Shown here one piece after another: positions 1 to 11,043 of a DNA stretch of 30,494 nt. Position numbers and translations under genes: made by a program. The number at the start of each line of letters is the position of its first letter. Positions within the stretch are counted from its first letter, which is position 1. The notes below the pieces were generated by a model. That model saw only the letters and a program-made list of their open reading frames with translations, was not told the origin of the DNA and made no database searches. Origin of the DNA: Asterionella formosa (Eukaryota); the NCBI GenBank assembly GCA_002256025.1, contig NKIB01010603.1:62001-92494 (forward strand), given 5' to 3'.

Positions 1-114
1 GATCTTATTGCTGATCTGAGTGGGGAATAACAACAATGTGTTTGTTGTCGTTGCACATGATACCGGTACGTTTTCTGATCTCATTGTCTTATTGGGTTAT
101 ACTGCATTGGACAG

Positions 115-882
115 CTGAGACAAGAATTGTGCACACCTAATACTCACGTATCAAATCGTGTCACCAATCCGACACATACTCGCTGCCCTTTGGAAGACCA
201 AAAAGTGACAAAACGCCAGAAACAAGGTAATGACCAGAATGTAGCGTCCTTATCGATGTCTCTAGAGGAACAGTTCAATGATAATCTTGCCCACTTCGAA
301 GAATCCCCTTTAGTTATGCAATTAAAGACGTTGAACGATCTTTTGCGTCTCTTGAAAGAGGAGCGGACACGCAATGGCGACCAGAAGCCAGCTTCCGTAT
401 CAGCTGTGCTAAAAGAAAAGCTGAATGATCATTTCAATCGCATGAATAAGGAACTGGAGGAGCGGAGTGTTGAAAAGGAAATGCATGTCTACAAGATTCG
501 TTCGCACAATCAAAACTCTGACTCTGATTTTACTTTATCGGCTTTTTCCCCCGAAGATTGTTACTGGATGGAAAGGATCCAATGTGAGCGGTTTGATGAT
601 TGCAATAGAAGGGGAATCCTATATCGCCCTAAAATTTTGAGGGCGATGATGGCATTGGTTGAGAATGCCTTCAATAAACATAGTCCGACTGGCTGGAATC
701 ATGATTAAGGGACCACATGGAATTGGCAAGTCGCACTCACTTGTCAACTTGGTTCGTACACTGCAATATGACAGCAGCTGCCAGTACCTCATAACTTTTA
801 TTCCAGACTGTCGTAAATGGATTGTCGGTAACGATTTGTACACTGCAATCTGCAGTTCATTCGGTACTTCATTATCGGCTCT
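115..882 (+). pseudogene. Frameshifted, 3'-truncated P-loop NTPase gene (possibly Crinkler/CR-NTPase-like)
   Basis: ORF 127..708 and ORF 659..1036 join into ...NKHSPT-GIMIKGPHGIGKSHSLVNLVR... (Walker A GxxGxGKS after a hydrophobic strand) if one copy of the CTGG duplication at 689-696 is removed. Coding sense is lost where the satellite starts (~883). There is a possible in-frame splice acceptor (ggacag|) at 114, so the 5' end is uncertain. The family is an inference. Confidence 0.6.
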
Positions 883-2450
883 CTATGCTGGATATAAATC
901 GGCCTTAAATTGGTGGAGAAAGATGGATTGGAATTTTTGTTGTTGCCACAGCACTGATGATCAGTCCACAAGCATCCGAAAAATAACACATCCGGATGCC
1001 TTCTTTGATCAATATATGTTCGTTCTGAGAATATAGATATTCGAAATGACGGCAGTGATCTCGTGTGCATCGAATACTGTACTGGATAGAAATCGGCTTT
1101 AAATTGGTGGAGAAAGGAGGTTTGGAATTCTTGTTGCCACAGCACTTACAATCAGTCCACAAGCACCGAAAATGTATTTCACCTCCTGATGACCAATTAA
1201 ATCAATATATGTTCGTTCTGAGAATATCGACATTGTCCATGACTACATTGTTCTCGTGTACATCGAATACTTTGCTTGATACAAATCAGCCTTAAATTGG
1301 TGGAGAAAGATGGTTTGGAATACTGGTCATGCAGCAGTCCACAAGAACCGAAATTATACACATCCTGATGACCAATTTGATCAATATATGTTCCTTTTGA
1401 GAATATCGATATTCGAAATGACAGCGCTGATCTCGTGTACATCGAATACTTTGCTGGATATAAATCGGCCTTAAATTGGTGGAGAAAGATGGTTTAGAAT
1501 TTTTGTAATGACAGCACTGATGTTCAGTCCACAGCAAGCACCAAGATTTTACAAACCTTCCTGATGACCAATTTGATCAATATATGTTCATTCTAAGAAT
1601 CTCGACATTTGCCATGACGGCATTGATCTCGTGGAAATCTAATACTATGTTGGATAAAAGACGGCTTTAAATTGGTGGAGAAAGGTGGTTTGGAATTTTT
1701 GTTGCCACAGCACTTATGATCAGTGCACAGCAAGCACCGAAAATTTACACACCCTCTTGGCTGATGACCAATTCGATCAATTTATGTTTTTTCTGATAGT
1801 ATCGATATTCATAATGACCATAAGCACCGAAAATTTATTTCACAGCCTGATGAACAATTTGATCAAAATATGTTCGTTCTTACTATATATCGACATTCAT
1901 TATGACGCCATTGATGTCGTGTTCATCGAATACTATGATTGATAAAAATTAGAATTAAATTGGTGGAGAAAAATGGTTTGGAATTTTTGTTGCCACAGCA
2001 CTGATGATCAGTCACAAGCATCCGAAAATTTACACATCCGGAGGCCTCCTTTAATCAATATACGTTCGTTCTGATCATATGAACATTCGACACGACTGCA
2101 TTGATTTTGTGTACATCAAATACTATGCTAGATAGAAATCTGCCTTAAATTGGTTGAGAAGGGTTGTTTGGAATTTTTGTTGCTACTGCACTAATGATCA
2201 AGCAACAAGTAACGAAAATTTACACATCCTGATGCCTCCTTTGGACAATATACGTTCGTTCTGAGCATATCGACATTCGACAAGAAGCCTTTGATTTCGG
2301 GTACATCAAATAATATATTAGATGAATATCGGCCTCAAATTGGTTGAGAAAGAAAATGAATTGGAATTTAGGTTGCTACAGCACTGGTCATCAGTCCACA
2401 GCAAGCACCGAAAATTTTACGCATCCTGATAACGAATTTGATCAATACTG
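883..2450. repeat. Degenerate tandem satellite, about 190-195 bp unit, about 8 copies
   Basis: Anchor AAATTGGT(G/T)GAGAA recurs at about 907, 1101, 1295, 1473, 1669, 1957, 2147 and 2337. The rest of the unit (ttgccacagcactgatgatcag; ttgatcaatatatgttcgttctgagaatatcga) is also conserved between copies. Confidence 0.93.
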
Positions 2451-2950
2451 ACTAAGCATATACTGCGCCAGCTTTTTCTGAAGTACAATGTACACAAATT
2501 TAGTACAAAATGAATGTTGGCAAGGAGGACCGTCTTTGCCACCAGTTTCTTTCTTAATGAAAAGAAGCTGCTGGAATGAAGAGAAAAAAATATCACATTC
2601 ATGGTAAAATGAAATATTGTTATTGTTATTGTTGTCGTTTTTGTCGTCTTTTCTGCTATCATGGTTGTGTTCTCGTTGTCTTTATACCGCTGTCCCTGTT
2701 GTTTCTGCTGTCATTTTTCTTGTTCTTAATCTATTGTTCTTTAGTTGTGGTTACTGTGGCTGTATACCCTTCTCTTCCATGGTGTTCCTCGCCCTGCGTT
2801 TGAACTTGAACATGCATTGTTTGATATGGAATGTAAAAATGTCTTGTTTGTTAAAAACCAGCCATCATCTGAATCTGTGAATCTTGTTCTTTGCTTCCAG
2901 ATAACAAGGACTCTGTTGTGGTCCGGTTCCTCTGGAAGAAACAAGCAGGC

Positions 2951-3435
2951 ATTTTTGTTTCTCCTTGTCATCACAGAAAGGATGCATCTGAAAGTTCGAG
3001 AAATATATGGTAAGCAGTTAATATTTTGGGAAATGGAAACAGGTCTTTTGTATCATTGTTGTTGTTCTTTTTGTTGTTGCTCTGCACCGTCGCTCGTTTT
3101 CTTTGTCTTTGTGTTCGGAACTATGTTTGATTGCTGTTGTAGTTCCTTTACCTCCAATGTTTCGTTCTTCCTCTTAATTGTGCCGTTTGGAATTTTTGTT
3201 TCTCCTTGTCATCACAGAAAGGATGCATCTAAAAGTTCGAGAAATATGTGGTAAGCAGTTAATATTTTGGGAAATGGAAACAGGTCTTTTGTATCATTGT
3301 TGTTGTTCTTTTTGTTGTTGCTCTGCACCGTCGCTCGTTTTCTTCGTCTGTGTGTTCGGAACTATGTTTGATTGCTGTTGTAGTTCCTTTACCTCCAATG
3401 TTTCGTTCTTCCTCTTAATTGTGCCGTCTGGAATT
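2951..3435. repeat. Near-identical tandem duplication, 241-bp period, 2 copies
   Basis: atttttgtttctccttgtcatcacagaaaggatgcatct... starts at 2951 and 3192 and continues with few mismatches to ...ttaattgtgccgt(t/c)tggaatt. Confidence 0.95.
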
Positions 3436-6317
3436 GGAAAAGTGGTCAGTCATAAATTACTCTACAAACCTTGTTCTTTTTCTACAGACAATCAATCTGT
3501 TTTTGGCAGGGCAGGGTTGAAACTTGGGAATAATTAATGCGTCGTGCTCTGCTGCCTGTTTCAGGAAGGCTATCCTGTGTCAGGCAGGCTATCAATCATT
3601 TGTTATTCGCATTGTTGAAGGGATTCCTCTGGTGCATAGGGGACAAATATATACATGGTGGTAAGCAAGTGCAATGTTTTCTTGCCTTCTGCTGACATTG
3701 TTTGCTGTTGCTTGTTGTGCTGGGCGGATCTCCTCTCCTATTCTCCTTCGTCTTTGTTCGGAATTGTTAGCGCAGGCATTGCTTATTTGTAATGAATTAG
3801 AAGAAGGGCTTGATTGTTTGCTTGCTTGTTGATCACGAACTTACTCTGCAAACGCTGTTCTTTGTCTACAAACAATCAATCTCCTGTTGAGCAAGGGACA
3901 TGTTGGGAATCAGGCGGCATGGTAAGCACAACGAGAACGATGCCTTTGTAGCAATTGTTTGTACATGAAATCACTCTGCCACAACCGTTGTTTACTGATT
4001 GCAGACAATCAATTTGATGAGGACTGGGTTGGCCATTGGGGAACATGGTAAGGAGCACAACAGAACCGAAATCATGGCTTAGCAACTTTTGTTTTCTCAT
4101 CAACTCACTCTGCTAATGTTGCCCTCTTTCTACAACAGACAATCAATCTGAGCAATGAGAATGAGCAGCTGGCTCATTTGCTAGCTATGAATTGATCTAC
4201 CGATAGTAGCAACAGGGATTCCTGCAAGTACGAGTAGCCAGGCGATCATGCGAGTAGTAGTTACAGCATCCAGCTGCAAGAATGAACATCCATTGCTTGT
4301 CATATTGGTTTGATAATCACGTTCTATAGAAAGTATCAATATAAACTACTATATAGCGAAGCGATTAATTTGATTGATTTTGCGATTGTAGAATGAAATT
4401 GAAAAAATGAATTGGTTACACATAATTATTTGTTTGACTAGCATATATATTTGTTTAACCTTGAGGTATTAATGTGATCAAAGTAAAGATAAAATGGGAG
4501 CAAACTAACAGAATTAATGGTAGTTAGAGTAAAGAATATTTGTGAACGGAAATGTTGCAAATTGTAGAGAAAAGTACCGTATTATAGAGATTAATACTGA
4601 ACAAATTTTTCTTCATGTCGCCAGAAAATATTGTCAGCTGGCCCCAAAAATTATGTGGGTTTCTAAAATAATTATGGAAGTTGTTGAAACTATTTTAGTT
4701 CACTCTGCCATTCATATATAGCTATTGTATGATGCATCATATTTTGTATGTGATGTCATATCCTTAAATTTTGTACATAGCTAGCTAAATTTGTCAAATT
4801 GGGCCACCCAAATAATTAATTTGGGTGATCATATTTGATTAGCTTTTTTTTTGTGGCGGCTGTACCAGTAATCTGCATTGTAGATGTACATGTCAGTGTG
4901 GTTTACAGCTGAGCAAACCGTCTGTCCAACCTACCTACAGTAGAATAAAAATATCACGTAGTCATAATTTTGCATTTCATCTTTTGATATTGCATTCACA
5001 GGTTACTGAGCCCTTTTTGTGGTTGCCTGACCCCTCAACTCGTCCTCTTCTTTTCTTTGCCGTAGACACTGTGAGGTGTCTTTCAACCCCTATTTCGCTT
5101 CTGCTTTGGTTTTGTGCAAACAGTACAACAAAGCCTCTACCGTCTTTTTTTAAACGTGATTTTTCGTCCACACACTTTTTCCCATTCCTTGAAGTTCTGG
5201 ACAAACACCACCCCCTTCTCATCCGTTGTCCTTCTCTTAAACACATTCCTATCCTCCTTCTTTGTCTTCATTCACAAGAGGCCGCCAGCCATCTCCATAC
5301 CCGCCCACACCATCATCTTTGCTCCTGTGACACCATCTGTCACGGAATTCGTCCGTTCTGTCTGCTTCTCTGTTTCTTCCGTTTCTGGGTGTGGATACCA
5401 TTCTTATTATTTTCTGCTTGGCTGTGTCATATTTTAAGGGTCTGTCTTTCCATCCTTTTTTTCGGCCTCCTCTGTCCGTCCTTCCTTCCCTGACATTTTT
5501 TTCAGCCTAACCAGTGTCTGTCTATCCAACCTTCAACTTGCAGTCAGTCCTCCCTTCATCCACATTCACATTCCCACTGCTGGCTTCCTCTTCCCCCTCT
5601 ACTCAATTTTTTAGTTACAAAAAAAGGCCACCACTCCCACCTCTCCCTCTTATACTCCTGGTTTGGTTATGGACATCCTTTTCAAAGCTGGAATGGCTCC
5701 TGAATCCATCAATAGTTTCATGACCTGTCATTCCTGACTAACTCTTGCCAAGTTTCAGCACGCATTGCGCCGCATTCACTGTGGAGATGACACAGCTGAC
5801 TTTCTCTTTCCTGCCTCTCTCCTTGCTGATCCTCTGTGGGATTTCGGCTTGATAGTGATACTGTGATGGGGCTCATTGCTTGGCTTTCCCACGGGACATT
5901 GCTTGGTTTTCCCACATCTGCAAATAAAAAGTATCATGCATATAGGATCAAGGGTATTGTATGCTAAGTGGCACAGGATTTGCGTTTAGTTTACAATCTG
6001 TTGTTGTCCTACCTCCCAACAATTGTAATCCAAGTACCACATTGATGGCTTCATTACCTTAAACATACTCCATCCTTCAAAGGCGCAATGTGTCGAAGCC
6101 ACAATGTTTTTCGTTATTGCGTAAACTTTCCTTTCTTGTCATGTGCTTTACTACAATATTTCTTTTCATGAAGCAGGCATTGTTTGTTAACATGACAGAA
6201 CGATTTCAAATATATTTGCCAAGTATATAGTTATAAAATTTGTAAATATATAAATATATCAAGTGTCATACATTTATAAAAATCAAGGCACTCTCAATAT
6301 GGAATGTCTGGTAGCTA

Positions 6318-6400
6318 TTGTTGAGATGAAGATAATTCGAAAATATTCAATGCACAATATTTGTTGAGATGAAGATAATTCGAAAATATTCAATGCACAA
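6318..6400. repeat. 40-bp exact direct repeat (43-bp period)
   Basis: ttgttgagatgaagataattcgaaaatattcaatgcacaa at 6318-6357 and 6361-6400. Confidence 0.95.
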
Positions 6401-6692
6401 CATGTCCATTGTTTTCCATGACTTCGTGTACCGTTACTGTTTCTGAAATTTGTTTGCATCAATACTTTCTACGTCCATTGGAACTAATTATTTAGACCAT
6501 TCAATTGGTGGAAGTCATACTAACTCATTTGTATCATTATTTGTTCGCAAGGATTTTGGTAGCAAATTGTTTAAGCCCCTTTTTTGGGCGGGAGTTCTTC
6601 ATGTGTACCGGTACATCATATGACAATAACATTTTATCATATATATTCAGAGTACCAGTAGAAGGTAGGAAGTGATATACTGGGGGTACCAG

Positions 6693-7036
6693 GTAGTAAG
6701 CGAGCAACAGAACACCATATGTTCATGTCTGTTGCTAGTACTGCAGTGGGACAGTAAATCATCATGCATGGTTTTAGGATTGTATGATCATAAAATTGAA
6801 AAAGGATAGTTGGAGTAGTAAGCGAGCAACAGAGCACCATATGTTCATGACTGTTGCAACTGCAGAGGGACACACAGTAAATCATCATAGTTTCAGGATT
6901 GTATGATTGTAAAATTGAAAGAGGGTGGTCGGAGTAGTAAGCAAGCAACAGAACACTATATGTTCAGGACTGTTGCTACTACAGTGGGACAGTAAATCAT
7001 CATAGTTTCAGGATCATATAACTGTATAATTGAAAA
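6693..7036. repeat. Tandem repeat, about 120-bp unit, about 3 copies
   Basis: gtagtaagc(g/a)agcaacaga...atatgttca...cagtaaatcatcat...aggat...aattgaaa begins at about 6693, 6815 and 6934. Confidence 0.92.
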
Positions 7037-7542
7037 CATGATATGCTTTTACTCAAACTCAGTTCTGATTTTGTATGTGATAATATAAATAGCACTGCAT
7101 CACAATTTTTTGCTCTTAATTATTAGATGCAAAAGAAAATCCAGACTAAGGCCTACGTATCCTACTATATTGATCCTCAGGTTGCACCAGCCATATTGCA
7201 TGCGCTCAGCGACTAACCACGATACATATCGGTATGAAAAAATGGTATCTTACCGGTTTTGGAGTAGTTTTCCATACGGAGTAGTTATCCATACATGGAT
7301 AACATGGCTCGTTCTCTATTATAGTAAAGAACCGCTAATACCAGTACCGGTAGGTAATAATAATAGTCTCACGTCCGGAGCACAGTTTATGTACCGATTG
7401 TCAGCTCCATCACTGATGTTAGTACCTGGACCGGTTACCCGGTATGGCGTTGATGCCATTCGACTGTTTGGCATACCGGCAATTAAATACTGATTCTTCT
7501 TCAGTGCTGTCCCACTGTCTGGATGGCTCTCACTAGTCTATT

Positions 7543-8523
7543 ATGCATTCACCAATTCTTCTTCGCCAAGCTGCGTTGACTGCCGCCGCTGCTGCCTCAT
7601 TGATGGCGTTCGGCTCTATGGACGCTGATCCATCGTTATGGATCTGGGACAAAATGGTTACCAATGCACATCTCAAAACTAACTTTGATCAGAAACGAAT
7701 TTGGATCACAGGTGCTTCGTCTGGAATTGGAGAAGCTTTGGCACTTCAATTGGACCAATACGGAGCACACTTAATCTTGTCGGCACGGAATCAAGACGAG
7801 CTTCAGCGAGTTGCAAACCGGTGTGGTCCCAACACAATTGTCCTCCCTCTCGATGTTACGAATCGAAAGCAAGTCGACGAGGCGGTAGCCCTTGTTGGTA
7901 CCAATTTGGATTGTTTAATACTCAATGCTGGCGCTGGTCAATTGCAACCGGCCATGGACTCCACTATCCAAAATGCTGAGCAGCTCTTTCAGATCAATGC
8001 ACTTGCTCCTATTTACATGGCACATCAAGTATTGAATCACTGCTGGAGCGGCACACTGAAGCATAGAGGTGGTCACTTGGTCGTAACGTCGTCAGTTGCC
8101 AGCAAATTGGCAGTTCCATTGTCTGCAGCATATGCCGCTTCCAAACATGCGGTACATGGGTACTTTAGATCCCTTCGATCGGAATGCCCGTGGTTACGGA
8201 TTGATCTTCCATGTCCTGGACCTACACAAACAAATTTTTTCAAAACTCCAGCGCAAGCCAACGAAATGAAAATGCCAGTCGACCGTTGCGCTCGACTCAT
8301 TCTGGTTAGTATGACAATGCGTCAAGATGGGGAACGATGGATTGCCCAGCACCCAACCTTGTTCTTTTTGTTTCTTCAGCAATACTTTCCTGGATTGGCA
8401 ACTAGGATAGTCAACAAGCTCGGTCCGATTCGATTGAAGCTATTTGACGCCGGATTAAACTTATATGATCCATCATCATTTTCGAAACTAAAAGCACTGG
8501 AAAAGGACGAACGAAAGAAGTAA
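7543..8523 (+). CDS. DHRS7: Short-chain dehydrogenase/reductase, DHRS7-like (326 aa)
   Basis: TGASSGIG cofactor motif, LNAG, catalytic Ser (TSSVAS) and YAASK motif. The N-terminal hydrophobic segment is followed by DADxxL, as in DHRS7. Intronless ORF. Confidence 0.9.
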   Translation: MHSPILLRQAALTAAAAASLMAFGSMDADPSLWIWDKMVTNAHLKTNFDQKRIWITGASSGIGEALALQLDQYGAHLILSARNQDELQRVANRCGPNTIVLPLDVTNRKQVDEAVALVGTNLDCLILNAGAGQLQPAMDSTIQNAEQLFQINALAPIYMAHQVLNHCWSGTLKHRGGHLVVTSSVASKLAVPLSAAYAASKHAVHGYFRSLRSECPWLRIDLPCPGPTQTNFFKTPAQANEMKMPVDRCARLILVSMTMRQDGERWIAQHPTLFFLFLQQYFPGLATRIVNKLGPIRLKLFDAGLNLYDPSSFSKLKALEKDERKK

Positions 8524-8586
8524 TTGAATTTATCTTTTAAAGTCTACTGCTAGCATTAATCATATTTCCCCCCTCCCATTTTCGGG

Positions 8587-9753
8587 TTACTCGTGTCTTG
8601 AATAAGCCGCACTTTTAATCCATGGGTGCGCAAGGGACTCCGATGCGGAAATGCGTCTTTGGGGATCCAAAACGAGCAGGTTCTTAATCAAACGGACCAA
8701 ATCTTGATCATTGGTACGACTATTGAGCTCTTGAATGCAAAGAGTGAGCCTTGACTTGAACATCCAATTCGCATTTTTGCTTCTATGGGTGTAGGCACTC
8801 ATCCATTCAGGTGACAGTCCCTGAGTAAGTTCAACAATTGTACATCCCACAGACCACATGTCTGCTTTACGGCCATCCATGGTGCCATCCAATGCCTGAT
8901 TACCAACTGCCATTTCTGGAGCAAAAAATCCAGGAGTTCCAACAAATCTGCGAATGGGTACATGATCATCGGGGTTGGCAGCCACTTCGCCAAGTCCAAA
9001 GTCGCACAGTTGAATATGATGGCGACGAAGTCCAGAAGGATGAATGTCTTCCTTGACCAAAACATTTTCTGGTTTGATATCCATATGTGCGATTCCATTA
9101 GCATGCAGATATTCCAATCCTAGGAGGATTCCAATAATGCTCTCTCGAATAATTTCCATCGTCATGTCACTTGGTGAAGCGTCGTATACAAAGTAATATA
9201 GATCCTTGTGAGCTCGTTGCATAACAACGTATATGTTGTCAGGAGCATGAAGTAGCGCCCGGAACGCTATGCAATTGGGATGGTCGACAAATTGCAATAT
9301 ATGCAATTCGGCTTCTAGACTTTGAAGAATTTTCAAGTCAGCAAGCTGGTTTTTGGGAAGCACTTTGATTGCTACCTCCTGTTTGGTCACTTGATGTGTC
9401 CCGATATATACTTTGGCATAGTTTCCGTCTCCAATGACGCTTCCAATATTGTATTCTCCTGCTGTGCTTTCAGTCTCTGTTGCTAGGACTGGGCCAAGGA
9501 GCTGACTGTAGTTGGTTGGATGCGATGGAAAGTAACCAAAGAGAGCACTTGCGAGCTTGGTTTTGTGGATGGACTCTTGTGTAATCACGAGATTGGATAG
9601 GGCTTCAACTTGTTTTTCTAAGCCTTTGATTGACTTTTGCAACTGATACGCTTCATAGCTTGCCTTGTCTCGCTCGTCTTCTGTTCGTTCCAGAATGGAA
9701 CGGAGAGACTCTGACGTTTGAATCGACGGAGAATGTTGCGAGACGGCATTCAT
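8587..9753 (-). CDS. Ser/Thr protein kinase, CAMK-group-like, with N-terminal coiled coil (388 aa)
   Basis: IGDGNYAKV Gly loop, VAIK, HMDIKPEN, DFG, GTPGFFAPE, ADMWSVG and RISASESLAHPW. Confidence 0.93.
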   Translation of the reverse strand: MNAVSQHSPSIQTSESLRSILERTEDERDKASYEAYQLQKSIKGLEKQVEALSNLVITQESIHKTKLASALFGYFPSHPTNYSQLLGPVLATETESTAGEYNIGSVIGDGNYAKVYIGTHQVTKQEVAIKVLPKNQLADLKILQSLEAELHILQFVDHPNCIAFRALLHAPDNIYVVMQRAHKDLYYFVYDASPSDMTMEIIRESIIGILLGLEYLHANGIAHMDIKPENVLVKEDIHPSGLRRHHIQLCDFGLGEVAANPDDHVPIRRFVGTPGFFAPEMAVGNQALDGTMDGRKADMWSVGCTIVELTQGLSPEWMSAYTHRSKNANWMFKSRLTLCIQELNSRTNDQDLVRLIKNLLVLDPQRRISASESLAHPWIKSAAYSRHE

Positions 9754-10437
9754 TGTCTGCTCGTCGCGTGTTGGCTGTTATTGTTCAATTCCTTCCACGT
9801 TACTGAGTGTTTTGTGAGGGATTCAACAACACACGAAGGAAAAGAGAAAACAATGATGGCTACCTCAACGAAAGAAAAAAGGCATTGAGACAGAGATTCG
9901 TTGGAGTCAAGTTTGAAATATTGCATTCTCGCGTGTTTCAGAGTTTCAATTTGGAAATTAGTCTACCGGTAGTAAGATGATTGTGTGCAACTTGAAATGT
10001 TGTTTGATGGTGAGGTGGAGGAATGTTCAGACGAGTTGTTATCAAGATATAAAAACCAACAGAGGGATTTATTTAGCCAAATCATGAAGGGCTTATATGA
10101 TATGTACTGTCAACATTTTGAATTTTTATCTTTGATACCTCCTGGTGCCTGGTACCAGTGTTCGCTTGTTGTGTCGCCTCGCTCGTCCTTCCATCGTGCG
10201 ATCAGCCAGGACGACCCACATCCGACCCCCCGCCCCTGCAGTCCATTTTATCGTTCGCGTGCATTCGAGCACCGGCAGTACCAGGTACCAGCACCTGGTT
10301 CTTTGTACCAACGTGGTACCTGCTACTCCTAATATCTACGACCAGTACCAGTAGAATACCGTAGATATACCGGTAACATATCATCGGAGGATAAAATACA
10401 ATATATAGCTACCGGTACGGTATATTCCGTCTTGACG

Positions 10438-11043
10438 ATGATGATGAGTGTGAGAAGTATTATCGTGGTTCTTGGACTCTTCCTTGTTACTTTCACCACC
10501 GCGTTTGCTCCTTCTTCTCCAACAAGATCCTTTGCTGGAACGGCTCTTGTCATCATGTCGTCTAATGATAATGATAATAGTAGTAATAATAATAATAATA
10601 TAGAACATGTCCTGTTTGTCGAATGTGGTGAGTGAGTTTCTCCGTCGCTTGCTAAAAAACATCCATTTTGTGATTGTTTGAACCTAACAACAGCACAACT
10701 TTGTTACATAGGATTTGGGAACGACTCTCACGGTCAAGATGCCACTAAGGCTGCAGTACGTGCATGTCGAAATGCCATTGAATTTAATTCCATTCCATCT
10801 GTAGCACGTTTAGTCCCAGGAGGATATGATGGACTAAAATTGCAAGTATTATTGGCCATTCCACCCACCTATCAACAAGGATTGGATTTTGATGCCATTA
10901 AGAAAGTATTCCCCTATGGAGCTGTGCAAATTACTATTCAAGATGGAGGAATGGTGGCACCTAGTGGCATTGCAATCGATGCGTTGGGAGATAAGAATCA
11001 AGACATGGTGGTGGTGTGTGCAGCTGTGACTGTGGGGTACTGA
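10438..11043 (+). CDS. Lin0512-family conserved protein with bipartite plastid-targeting leader; 2 exons (10438-10627, 10712-11043)
   Basis: An 84-nt intron GTGAGT...ATAG (10628-10711) joins LFVEC-G-FGNDSHGQDATKAAVRACRNAI, the Lin0512-family N-terminal motif. The C-terminus is VVVCAAVTVGY. The leader is a hydrophobic signal peptide, then TTA|FAP, then a Ser/Thr-rich transit-like peptide. Confidence 0.85.

Noticed and set aside
883..2450. CRISPR-like array suggested by a recurring 20-30 bp anchor next to an NTPase gene
   Set aside because: The sequence between anchors is also homologous from unit to unit (no unique spacers), the period is about 190 bp, the context is eukaryotic and there are no cas genes.
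2417..3537. Several Cys/Phe/Leu-rich ORFs that look like membrane proteins
   Set aside because: They arise from T-rich low-complexity DNA and the 241-bp duplication, with no recognisable motifs and mostly non-ATG starts.
4977..6190. 169-aa ORF 4984..5493 and a purine-rich, coding-like minus strand (possible decayed gene or transposon)
   Set aside because: The plus-strand ORF is a pyrimidine-rich shadow. The minus-strand frames are interrupted by many stops and I could not recognise a domain.
7110..7493. 127-aa ORF upstream of the SDR, and similar ORFs at 9985-10384, 18598-18963 and 20884-21021
   Set aside because: They have no motifs, and most contain VPG/YRY/PVP peptides produced by the intergenic TACCGGTA/GGTACC words.
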